Source: Camelus ferus
Taxonomy: Eukaryota
Reading direction: 5' to 3'
Length of the DNA stretch: 64,000 nucleotides
Assembly (NCBI RefSeq): GCF_009834535.1
Contig: NC_045696.1
Coordinates: forward strand, 63,118,001-63,182,000
Shown here: one piece after another, positions 47,564 through 59,034 of the stretch
Layout: each line of letters begins with the position of its first letter
How positions within the stretch are numbered: position 1 is the first letter of the stretch
Notes under the pieces: model-generated
The model's input: the letters and a program-made list of their open reading frames with translations, nothing else
The model's database searches: none
Told to the model about the DNA's origin: nothing
Program-made: the position numbers and the translations under genes

Positions 47564-47666
47564 GGGGAGTGGGAGAGGGTATAGCTCAGTGGTAGAGTGC
47601 GTGCTTAGCATGCGCGAGATCCTGAGTTCGATCCCCAGTACCTCCATTAAAAATAAATAAATAATA
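47564..47666 (+). mobile_element. Vic-1 type SINE with well-preserved tRNA-Ala(AGC) head
   Basis: GAGGGTATAGCTCAGTGGTAGAGTGCGTGCTTAGCATGCGCGAGATCCTGAGTTCGATCCCCAGTACCTCCA plus (TAAA)n tail. Confidence 0.9.
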
Positions 47667-48882
47667 GTAACTAGTAAAGTTTTATGAAGCTGAATTACTT
47701 TCACATTTCTTTTTCTTGTGTATGTACAATACCTGTAATACACCTTATGTAATACACCTTATTATGTAATAGCTACAGTGAATATATATAGTATGTATTA
47801 TCCTATAATTGGAGAGGTTTGCTTATTTCTTTTTCCCCCTGATTAGTTTAATCCTCAGTAATATTTATTACTTCTGCCCTGACAAGTTGCAGATCTCAAG
47901 AGAGTATGGGGTCAGCATGGGCATTACCTTATACTGGATTCAGTTCACTCAACAGATATTTATGGGCATCTTCAGTGAACCAGGCACCATAAGTGACTGT
48001 AGTGAAGATCACTGCATTTCCTTGGCAACAACACAAGTGCAGGTAGCCCTCCTTATAGAGGCGTTGGCTCTGGAACAGCTTCTGCCACCCAGGAGAGAAG
48101 AGGGTCTATGCTGCGGCCTTCCTCTGTAAGTCCCTTGTATGCCCTCGGGGAGCCCATAACTGCCAGGGATGCTCCACTGTAGATTTAGGCAAGGATCCCT
48201 TGAAGCTATTTCCCAACTCCAAAGTGGTTTGGGCTAATTCTCTGAAAAATCATTTCTTTTGAGTATTTGTATGCCCATCCAAGCTCCAATTCCCTAATTA
48301 TAAAGGCCCTCATTTAAACAATCTTTACAGTTTACAAAGGTCTTTCACATACACTAATGAGATTGTTCTTTGTCATAATCCTGAGAGGTAAGCAGGGCAG
48401 GCTTCTAGGTTCCTGTTCTGAAGCTGAGGTGCCAAAAACTCAGAGGAATTAAGAAATTGACCCAAGGTCTTGGAGCAAGTAAATGAAACACCCAAAACCC
48501 ATATTCAGACCTGCTGACTATAGAGCCAGAAATTCCGACTAGGACAGGATCCTGGGTCTCTTAGCTAGGAAAAGATGAAGGAGGATAGCAAAACAACCCC
48601 TCTGCTACTTACTCTCAGTGCATTTCCTGAAAGGGAGGTCTTGCGGTTGTGGGAGTGTGGGAGATCCAGGTTTGGAGGGACGGTAGCCCTTCCAAGTGTC
48701 AATTACCAGGAGAGGAAGCCTGAACTTAGCAGACAGACCTTAGACTGCTTCCTGGCTTTTCTCCCTTGCTCTGAACTTTACAGATCACTGTCAGGACTGA
48801 TGGAACCTCCTGGTCTGCTGGGAAAGAGGATGGTCTTGGCCACATGGGCCCAGGCAGGGAGGCAACCGATAGACATCCCTCT

Positions 48883-49531
48883 TGAAACTAAGCAGGACCC
48901 TGTGGGGCCCTCCTCGGCACAAAAGCCTCATCATGTCCCCCATTTCTTGTCTGTAGCAAAAGGTTTTAGTCTCCTAGGCCTTCCCTGAATTCAAAAGACC
49001 AGGCACAAACAGTTAGTAATTAGGGAAGTAAAAGAATGCAGGAATAAAGGAAAAGTAGTCAAACAAGAAAGGTAGTGGCAATAGTGCAAAGATAAAGCAG
49101 AGTCTGAGTTCTCCTCAAGGGAAATTCAGAACAATCTGCCACATATCTTTGAGTTGTTGTGCAGGATCTAAGACATACCCTGCACCCCACCCCCCCACCT
49201 GGTGGAAGATGGCGTCTTCATGCTGAGTATACAGACCCCAGACTGGTTGGAACCAGAAGGTTGATTAAGATTCCCCAAACATCACCCTGTTACCTTACCA
49301 CCAACCAATCAGAAAAAAGTCATGTCTTCTGCAGCCTTTACTCCAAATAATCCTTTAAAAATCCTTCCCTGAAAGCCACTGGGAAGTTTGGGTCTTTTGA
49401 ATATTAGGCACCCATACTCCTTGCTTGGCACCCTGCAAATAAATGCTGTGTATTCCTTCACCCCAACCCGGTATCAGTAAACTGGCTTTGCTGCGCAATG
49501 GGTGAGCGACACCAAGTTTGGTTTGGTGACA
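48883..49531 (+). mobile_element. ERV1-class solo LTR (about 650 bp)
   Basis: TGAAAC...GTGACA termini; 4-bp near target-site duplication ctct/cttt; CCAAT; AATAAA at 49438; U5-like end. Confidence 0.75.
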
Positions 49532-51518
49532 CTTTCAGAACTCAAATGAGTGAAAGCGGGAACAGATTTTCTTAGTAGATGTGACTTTCTGTGACCACTT
49601 ACCATCAGTTGTCCCTCAACTTTTAGCAAAGCTGTATTTAGCTGGGAATTAGGGGTCTTCTGTGCAACTTGAGAGCAGTGCCTGTGATTAGTGAGCTCGC
49701 TAAGGAGAAGGTGACTTTCAGTCACTCTCGGTGTGTGGTCCCCAACTGCCCTCCCCGTGTGGATGAGGATGCCCCTCCAAGGCTATCTTCAGGACTGGGG
49801 ATGATTTTTATCGAGGAAATCCAAGACGTTCCATAGATGGGGAAGGGAGAGGTTTTCAGAAATCACTTCTAGGTTCTTTTCAAGGATTAAGGGTTACAAG
49901 CTTTGAGGTCCAGGCCTGGCTCTGCTGCCAACTAACAGGGTGTCCAGGTCAGCACCGAACCTGAGCTGCTTTCCTTTGAAAGCTGCAAATCATTTGAAAA
50001 CACATTCAAATCACCTGGGGAACTTTTAAAAAAATACCTAAACAGGGTCCCACCCTCAGATTTTTTTTTTATTCAATTGGTCTGACTGAGGCTGGGGGAG
50101 TGGTATTTTTTACAGTTTCCTCCAAGTGATCTATTATGTGGTGAAGGTGAAGAGATGAGGTGGGTTAATTTCTGAGCTGCCCAGAAGAGCTAGGCAAGAA
50201 CTCAGGTGTCCATTTGTCCCACAGTCCACGATGCACCATGTGGCCACTCCAGCCTCTAGACGCAAGGCCATGAAAGATCAGAGCAGACAGTGCTATACAG
50301 AGGCCCCCGGTCAGGTAGGTCCCCTGGGGAGTCATGTGTTCCAGGTACACAGCAAGGCAGAGCAATCAGTGTTCAGGCATCTAGCCCCTAAGCCAGTGGC
50401 CCTGTCTGTTGCCACAGGGCTCTGAAAGAAGCCAGTGGAATTACTGGAAAGCAAATAACACTTTTGCCCATAGTTCTCCCCATAAGCCTTTTACCTAGTG
50501 GTGTTTTGGAGTTCGGGAATATCTCCCCATTTCTCCTGCACTTAATGACTTAGTGGTCCAAGTCCTGGAGAAGTGGGTTATAATCATCCACAGATGAAAA
50601 AACTATAGATGGAAAGGTTGAGCCTTGCCCTGGTCACCCAGCACAACAGCAGAGGCTGCGTAACGGAAACAGAAGCCCTTGTTGTCCTGGAGGAAAAATC
50701 CCTTCCTTTTCACCATGACTTAGCTTTTCAGAAGCAGCAAGTCTTGGCTACAGCAGCTCCGGGCGGATCAGGGGCACACCTGCCGGAGGTGTCCCAGCAA
50801 GGAGAGAGAGCACACCCCAGGCAACACTCCTCTAGTGGGACTGCTCTGCAGCTGTGGTTTTGGCACTTCAGTATCTCTCATGTGTTTATCAAGCCCTTTC
50901 ACATTTTGTCCACCGGTTTTCCCTGTGCTTGTGTTCAGGCACGAGCAATCTTGACTGTCCCCAGAGGTCCCCTCTGCATCATTCCATCCGGAAAGGCAAA
51001 ATGATAGGAAAGCTTCCACCAGGGGGTGGAGGAGGTGATGAGAAGGAAAAGCGTTAGGCTTTCAGTTGTTCTGTGGTCAGTAGAGCAGCTGCTGAGTTGG
51101 TCCTGCGTGAAACCACACTGTGTCAAAGTGGAAACTCTGCCGGCTCCTACAGAGTGCTGCCCATTACCACACATACATATTTATGGCGTTCTGTTTACCA
51201 AGAGTGAGAAGACTGTTGTCATCTAAATCCACTTGCCATGTAGATTTCTTTTTAGCTTGCTTGGTGAAGAATCATTGCTGAAGCCCTTCTGTTGTTTCAC
51301 TATCTTTCCACCCAACCACTTTGGGCTCCGCATGCCTCTTTATTAACAGGCAAAGAAGGGGGTTACTGTCCTGGGCAAAGGATGTGAATGTTCCTAAAGA
51401 AACCTGATACATAAAGGCATATTGTCTATCAGTTCTTCTTATAAGAAATTGAAAAAAGAAGTCAACATATTTCATTTTCCTTGGAACTTCCCAAATTCCA
51501 AGCTAGATATTTGAGGGA

Positions 51519-51886
51519 AGTGATGGTCTTTTTAATGCGTCAACTTGGCTAGACTGTAGTCCCCAATTATTCAGTCAAACACTGATTTAGATATTGCTGT
51601 GAAGGGTTTGTAAATGTGATTAAAGTCCTTAATCAGTTGACTTTAAGTAAGGGAGATTAACCTAAATAATCTATTGGCTCAATCCATTGGAAGATCTTAA
51701 GAACTTCTTCCGTGGAGAATCCACCTGAGAGTTCAGCCTGTCTTTCCAGGTGGTCTCCCCTGTGGATTTCTGACTTACCTAGCCAGCACCCACAATTGCA
51801 TAAGCCAATTCCTTGTAATTAATCTCTTAGTATATTGATAATATTTCTCCTACTTGTTCTTCCCTGGTTGAATCCTGACTGATAGA
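51519..51886 (+). mobile_element. ERVL LTR (MLT2-like)
   Basis: 'gtgatggtctttttaatgcgtcaacttggctag...aatcagttgactttaagtaagggagatt...gaatcctgactgata'. Confidence 0.75.
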
Positions 51887-52147
51887 GACATTAGAAACCC
51901 TCTCTTTAAAGCCCCTCCCATTTCCCACCTTCCCATTCAATGGAGAAACCTAAGAATTAGGCAAGGCCATGTGGGCTATTTTTCTCAAGTTAATGGGAGT
52001 GCACATTGTAATGAACACATAGGATTGGGAAGGCCACAGGACCTTTGTTCCTCTACCAAGTGAAAGACTTAAGGTATATTGACAAAAGGAATGTGAAGTA
52101 CTTACATAGCCCCAATGAAGCTTAACTGATCTTTTCGTTTCTTTCTG

Positions 52148-52430
52148 TTTTTTTTAATTGAGATATAATTGATATATGACATTGTGTAAGTTTAAGTTGT
52201 GCAGGTGTTGCTTTGATGCATTTGTTGCAATATGACTAACATCATAGTGTTAGCTAACACCTCTATCAGGTCACATAATTATTATTTCCCTTTGTAGAAC
52301 AGTGGAGATCTAGTCTCTTAGCAACTTTGAAGTTTATAATACAGTGTTGTTGACCGTAACCACTATGTTGTGCATAGATCTCCATGACATATTTATTTCT
52401 ACTAGTTGCAAGTTTGTAATCCTTGACGTG
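52148..52430 (-). mobile_element. L1 3' end
   Basis: T-run followed by 'aattgagatataattgatatatgacattgtgtaag...ctcttagcaactttgaagtttataataca'. Confidence 0.75.
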
Positions 52431-55400
52431 CAAGATGTATCTGATTTTTTTTCTAATATATTTGGGGGATAGTAAACTGCACTTGAAAAAGGGAATCCCC
52501 TTTGTTCTGAATGTTCTTTGTTTCCATTGTTGGATCTCAGAACCACCTCTTCTCCACTCCCAGTGGCAGAAAGTGGAGAGCGGAGAAAGAGATGCTGGAG
52601 GCTATACAATTTAGACCCAGGATGGGACTTGGACCTGGAGGTTTCTGACTAAGAGTGTTGGTAACTCAAGAAAATGGAGTAGGGAGATGCAGGGACTCCA
52701 GGGAGCTTTTAAAAGTAGGGGAGTTCTGGAATATGAGGAGGGAAAGAAGGGCCGATGTCAGGAAAGGAAGGGACATCCACATGGCTGTTGGTCAGGGCAG
52801 TAAGACTCCAGACTTTTGTTCAGGGCAAAAGGACAAAGTTTGAGAAAAGAGACTCAATGCCTGACTCCCCATACTCCTGATGCAATACTCATCACATTCA
52901 TCCCTGGAGCTTTGAGTAAAGGACTTCTTACCCTTGTTTGGATTCTGAGGTCTAAAATAGGAATTGGGGAGCTCCCTTCTCCAAGACCAGTGTCGGGAAT
53001 TAGAAACACCTTCACTGAAGCTGTGAATAGCGCAGTAAAGGGGACGAAATTACAGTGCCTTTCTCATTGCCCTTTTACTAAGTGACTCAGAGTGTAGAAC
53101 ATTGGGTGGAAGTTACAGAGTGTCAGATTGCATTTCTGGTAAAAAAATAAACACCTTTCAGTGTTCTTTCGACTAAAGGAAAATGAGCTGCCTTGGAAGG
53201 AGGTGAGCTGCTTGCCCCTGGAGGTGTCTGTAGATACGGGTGACCACCTAGTAGGGGTGGTGTGGGAGGGGTCCAAGCAGAGGATTCTGTTGAATTATAT
53301 TCAACAGTATAATTCTACGGTTATTGAAAGATGTAGATACTGAAATAACTTTAATACTGTTTGCGAGCAGGGCCATGAGATATTCTTTTCTAATCTCAGA
53401 GTTAGAACTCATCACAGAGGGTCAGAGGTGGACAGAATCTTTAAAATCATCTTGTCTAACTTCCCTCCTCTCCCCACTTTTATATAAATAAAAAACTTAA
53501 GGCCCAGAGAGAAACGACTAACTCAAGGTCACACAGCTAAAAATTGGAAGATCTGGGCTAGAACTTGTAGGCCTGTTTCATCTCTCAACATCTTTGCTGG
53601 TCTCATTTTCGCATCTGCCCAGCAATATCTGGAAACTGACTAGGAGAAAAATAATGGAAACAATTAAACCTTGACAAATGTCAGCTTCTTCAGTTATTGG
53701 TTAAACACAAAGAAATACATGCAACTCAACTGCCGAAACTCCTTGATAACATCAAGGAAAAGGAGTCATTTCACATAAATCTCAGAGATGATGTCATCTA
53801 AACATACAAGCAGTGAGTGGAAGTTCCAATTCATTATGAAGGAAATGATTCTTATAAATAGTTTTGATCTAGAGATACTGTTTGGCGTCTTCAAATCATA
53901 GATTCTTGAAATAGGAAGACCTAGCAGAGAGGTCATCTGATCCAGGGCATCCGGAGCTTGCAAATACTAGGCAGGGTTCATGCCTTTCTCAACTCCGTTG
54001 CATGGTACCTTGTACCAGCCACTACTTCAGTATTTTGGACATTAAAGGAGACCCAATTTTTTCTTCCAATCTGAAAATAGTTTTCTTTTTCTAATAAAAC
54101 TAACACGCTCATTGTAAAGTTTCAAGTAATACAGAGAAGTATAAAAAAACTTACCAGAAATCTCACCACCTAGAGATAACTGTTATTAGCATTTTGATGT
54201 TATTTAATTATTTTTCCATGCACATGTATTTACACTTTCGTATTCATAGTTTTGTAAAATTGGGACCAAGTATAAGCGCAGTGTGCAGTATTGTCACATT
54301 CTTTTCAATTAACTAACTGTATAGATCTACATTTTTACCTTAATGAGTCGTGATAAATCTTAATATGGTGAGCCAGGCCCTGACTGATGGATTAGTTGTT
54401 CCCAGTTTTGGGTTTTTTATTTTAACTGACTTGGGGGTTTTATTTATTTCCTACTTCAGGGAGAGAGGTCGTCTTGGCCACCCTTGGGAGGGTGAATCAT
54501 CTCTGGAAACTAAAAGTAGCTTGCTCCTCCAAAGTGGTGATGGGGGTGATTGTAGGGCTGAGGCTTCCCGGAAAGTGAGTGTGTGAGGGAGAGGCACTGC
54601 TGTCTCCCCTGGGAAAGGGCGTTTCAAGCAGCCTTTGGTTTGCTGGAGAGGCTGCCTCACTTCATGGGGAGGCCTCTAGGAGTGGTCAGTGACTGGAATG
54701 CACCTGACGTCACTGACTTCCAGGTCAGCTTGCAAACCTGCCCCTGCAATGCCTGCAGCAATGGCCAGAATTGAGGACTAAACAAGCCTCTGGTCCAGGA
54801 CTCAGCTCACCCAGGCCAGCTGCTGCTCTGTGACTAGGGCTTCACTCCTGGAACAAGAGACATAGCCACCTAATTTCTTGGTTACTAGGTGAAGCCAAAG
54901 CTTCATTCACTTCTGGGCTTTGGGTATAGATTACTCTTCCCCTCACACTTATAGTATGAGATACCACTGTCAATTAATTCCCATGGATGCTGTATGAGAT
55001 GGGGGTTGCGGGGAGGGGGTGGGGTTCTAGGATCCATACACACTCTGGGGACAGAATGGGCTACAAAAGTACCACCACCACCACCTCCAGCTGAGGAAGA
55101 GAGAAGATGACAGTGCAATAATATGCACTTTTCTACATATGTTTTTATGTATTTATCCAATTACCTTCTTAATATAAACTCCTCTAAGTTGCTGGGTTTG
55201 TGGGAAAATGCAAAACAAATCTTGCAGTGATGCTGGGTGGCGCCTGGGAAGGACCAGCTGGCCAACTGCTGAGAACCTTCTCAGGGCAGCAACATATTAC
55301 AGAGATAGCCACTGTCCGGGGTCTGGCTTTGAAGGTTCAGAAACTTGATCCCATCAGGGCCCAAAAGTTAGTTGGTCTCAGAAAGCTGACTCATTCAGAG

Positions 55401-55682
55401 GAGACTGGAGAGGATAAAGGAGAATGCCAAATAATTTATAATGAGATGTATAAATGCCAGGTGAGGCGGGCTTTTGGGTCAGCCTGAGCAGCCTGTTCTT
55501 TCTCGCTGTAGGAAGTCAGTGTGGGAAGCCAAATCACAATCAAAGGCTGACGGTGGCCCTAGAATGGAGGAAGGAGCGTTAGTTTGGTGTGATCTGAATG
55601 GTGATCTGATGTGTCCACTTCCCTACTAAGGTGAAGGTGACATACACTCCTTGGGTGATGGCTGTTGCAAAGGAAAGTCAGA

Positions 55683-55830
55683 TGAGTTATAAGTACAGAA
55701 ACTGCTCTGTGGCTAAGGTGACCCCAAGCCATTCTCCTTACAGACTCCCATCTTCTAGTGAGTTATAAGTACAGAAACTGCTCTGTGGCTAAGGTGACCC
55801 CAAGCCATTCTCCTTACAGACTCCCATCTT
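55683..55830. repeat. Perfect 72-bp direct duplication with a CTAG spacer
   Basis: 55683-55754 is identical to 55759-55830. Confidence 0.97.
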
Positions 55831-55832
55831 TT

Positions 55833-56322
55833 GGAGAGATGATAACTGAAAATTTCCCCAACTTGGGAAAGGAAACAGTCACCCAAGTCCAGGAAATGCA
55901 GAGAGTCTCACATAGGATCAACCCAAACAGGAACACAGCAAGGCACATAGTAAGCAAATTGACAAAAATTAAGGATAAGGAGAAAACATAAGCAAGAGAA
56001 AAGCAACAAATAACATACAAGGGAACTCCCGTAAGGTTATCAGCTGATTTTTCAGCAGAAACTCTACAGGCCAGAAGTGGGTGGCACAACATACTTAAAG
56101 TGATGAAAGGGGAAAACTGACAGGCAAGAATACTCTATTCAGCAAGGCTCTCGTTCAGATTTGATGGAGAAATCAAAAGCTTCACAGATAAACAAAAGCT
56201 AAAAGAATTCAGCACCACCAAACCAGCTTTACAACAAATGTTAAAGGAACTTCTCTAGTCATCAAACCGTAAGAAAAGAGAACAAAAAGAAGAAAGAGAA
56301 GGAAAAAAAAAAGACCTACAAA
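55833..56322 (+). mobile_element. Internal L1 fragment: ORF1 C-terminal half and inter-ORF spacer
   Basis: EMITENFPNLGKETVTQVQEMQRVSHRINPNRNTARHIVSKLTKIKDKEK; 'tcagctgatttttcagcagaaactctacaggccagaag'. Confidence 0.9.
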
Positions 56323-56856
56323 AGATTGCTTTGGCAGTTCAGGGTCTTTTATGTTTCCATGTAAATTTTGGAATTGTTTGTTCTAGTTCTGTGAAGAATG
56401 TTGTGAGTGTTTTGACAGGGGTTGCATTCGATCTGTAGATTGCTTTGGGTAGTACAGCCATCTTGATAATGTTGATTCTTCCGATCCAAGAGAACAAGAT
56501 ATCTTTCCATTTCTTTGTATCATCTTCAATTTCATTCATTAGTGTTTTACAGTTTTCAGAGTATAGGTAACCTCCTTGGTTAAATTTATTTCTAGGTATT
56601 TTTTTGTTTTTGATACAATGGAAATGTTTATGCCAGTTACAAAATTCTGGTTTTTGAAGTGAAAGAAAAGTGAATGAAGGGCCGCAAATGGCAAGATATC
56701 CTTCTTTCTCATGGGTGAGTTGTATTCCATTATGTACATTTGCTGCATCTTCTTCATCCATTCATCTATTGATGCGCACTTAGGATGCTTCCATATCTTG
56801 GCTATTATAAGTAATGTTGCTGTTAATAGTGGGATGTATGTATCTTTTTGAATTAA
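56323..56856 (-). mobile_element. L1 ORF2 fragments in the opposite orientation
   Basis: [44 protein letters not shown] is L1 ORF2; a second piece at about 56685-56856 comes from the ORF2 end. Confidence 0.9.
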
Positions 56857-57279
56857 TTCTTATTTTGTGGTTGGCTTTATTCCTTTGATAAGTTTAAAAA
56901 GCTAAAGTTCTAAACATTCTTAGAAACAATGGACAGTTCATATACGTAAATTTAAAAAATACATGCAGTATATTGTGTGTATGTATTTACATGCAATGTA
57001 TTTTATATATGCAGTCAAATTGTTAACAATTCTACCTAGTGAAACTGAAAACTGAAAAAAAGAGGAAAAATTCCATGTTCAGTTTACACCAAGAAATAAA
57101 GACTGAAAAATATATATTAAAAACATTAAATTTTATTCTAAATGATGTGGGAAGCCACCAAAGGGTCAAACTCACCTTTTATAAGGAGTCTGGTTACTGA
57201 GTAGTGAATTACTTGATTATTCTAATGTGTCAAAATTGAGCCACTGAACATCAGGAAAGGGCTCTTGGAGCTCAAGACT

Positions 57280-57438
57280 CCTGCTATACGAAAGGTGGAC
57301 TGTGGACCAGAACTGCATCACCTGGAGCTTGTTAGACATGAATAGCCTTGGACCCCATCCCAGACCTCCTGAAGTGGAATCTGCATTTCACAAGATGCCC
57401 CCAGTGATCTATGTCCACATGGAGGTGTGAGAAGCACC
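57280..57438. mobile_element. MER5-like hAT MITE
   Basis: 'gcatcacctggagcttgttagacatg...cagacctcctgaagtggaatctgcatttcacaagat'. Confidence 0.65.
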
Positions 57439-58471
57439 CGCCTAGTCCAACCTCCTCATTTTATAAGTGATAAAACCTAGTGACTTGCTTACAATCACAT
57501 GGTTGAGTTCATAACAGGGCTCAGGCTGGGGCCTAGGTCTCCTGATTCTGGCAAGCCCACTTTGCATGGCCTCCCATGGTCATGAGGATAATAAATCATA
57601 ATATCCATTCATTCAGTCAATAATTCACCCACTCACTCACCACTAAGGCATCATCCCATAATCATATACAATCATCGCAAATAAAGATTTTTAACCTTTA
57701 AGAGCTCAAGAGCAAGAGAAATTGATGGCTAGGCTAATCAAACTTAATTGACCACCTACAGTGATTTAAAAAAAAAACAACCTACTGTGAGTAATATAGG
57801 CCTCAGCTATAATATTTTTCTCTGCCCACCTCTTTGTCTGCTGAGATTGGCTGGAAATGCCCAGGATGTTTAGGTGTGGTATCCCCTGAAATGTTTGTTT
57901 CTTCCTCCAGAAGGGTGGGAAAAAGCATCAATTTCATTGTCTTCTCAGCAGAAAAATCCCCTATGGCCTGAAGTAATTAAAAAAAATCTCTACGTGAGTA
58001 CCACCCCAGGATCTTGGAGATTAGGCATAGAAACCCAGGTCATGTCCCAAAAGGGAAGAGTCAAAATAGGAAGGATTCTATTTTAAGGGATTGATAGGGT
58101 GAATGGCTGGAAGTTTCTACAATGGGAAAAAAGGGCATGTTATCATCTCTTGTCATTGCTATTATTGTTGTTGTTATCAAAAACTTGTAAATAGAGCTCT
58201 TAAATTATTGTCTCTTTTAAACAATATAGGAGATAATGGAGACTTCTAAGTGTATTTGCAAACCCAAAGGGAATATTGCTACTTGCTAGCAGCCTTGCTA
58301 TCAGAAAATTGGACCAGTAATGACTGTTGCAATCCAGGCAATTCCAGGGGCAGGCCTAGGTGTGTTGCTTGAGGACTGAAGAGGGTCTAAGGGCCCTTAA
58401 AGAAACGGTGCTGGCAGACTGGGCAGGGCACTTCAAAGGGAAGAAGACCCATTCTCTAGGAGGCTATTTGA

Positions 58472-59034
58472 TTTTTTAATTTTACATTAAAATCTATTTT
58501 TATTTTTAATTGAAATGTAGTCAGTTTACAATGTTGTGTTAGTTTCTGGTGTACAGCATAGTGATTCAGTTATACACTATATATATGTATGTTTATATTT
58601 GTTTTCATACTTTTTTCCATTAGAGATTATTACAAGATATTGAATATAGTTCCCTATGCTATATGGTAGGACCTTATTGTTCATCTATTTTATATATAGT
58701 AATTAGTATCCGCAAATCCCAAAGTCCCAATTTATCCCTTCCCACCCCTATTCCCCTCTGGTAACCCTAAGTTTGTTTTCTATGTCTGTGAGTCCATTCT
58801 GTCGTAAATAAGTTCTCTTGTGTCATTTTTGTTTTTAGATTCCACATATGTGGTATCATTTGATATTTGTCTTTGTCTGACTTACTTCACTTAGTATGAT
58901 AATCTCTAGATCCATCCATGTTGCTGCAAGTAGCATTATCTCATTCTTTTTTATGGCTGAGTAGTATTCTGTAACATATATTTACCACGTCTTCTTTATT
59001 CAATCATCTGTCTGTGGACATTTAGGTTGCTTAA
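58472..59034 (-). mobile_element. 5'-truncated L1 with 12-bp target-site duplication
   Basis: GAGGCTATTTGA at 58460-58471 and 59035-59046; L1 3' UTR sequence between. Confidence 0.92.

Noticed and set aside
47575..47646. Genuine tRNA-Ala gene
   Set aside because: Followed by a SINE A-rich tail rather than a T4 terminator, has stem mismatches, and five sibling copies occur in the window
54684..54718. Full CRE palindrome TGACGTCA within a 9-bp inverted repeat
   Set aside because: A single short motif of a kind expected by chance in 64 kb, with no other support
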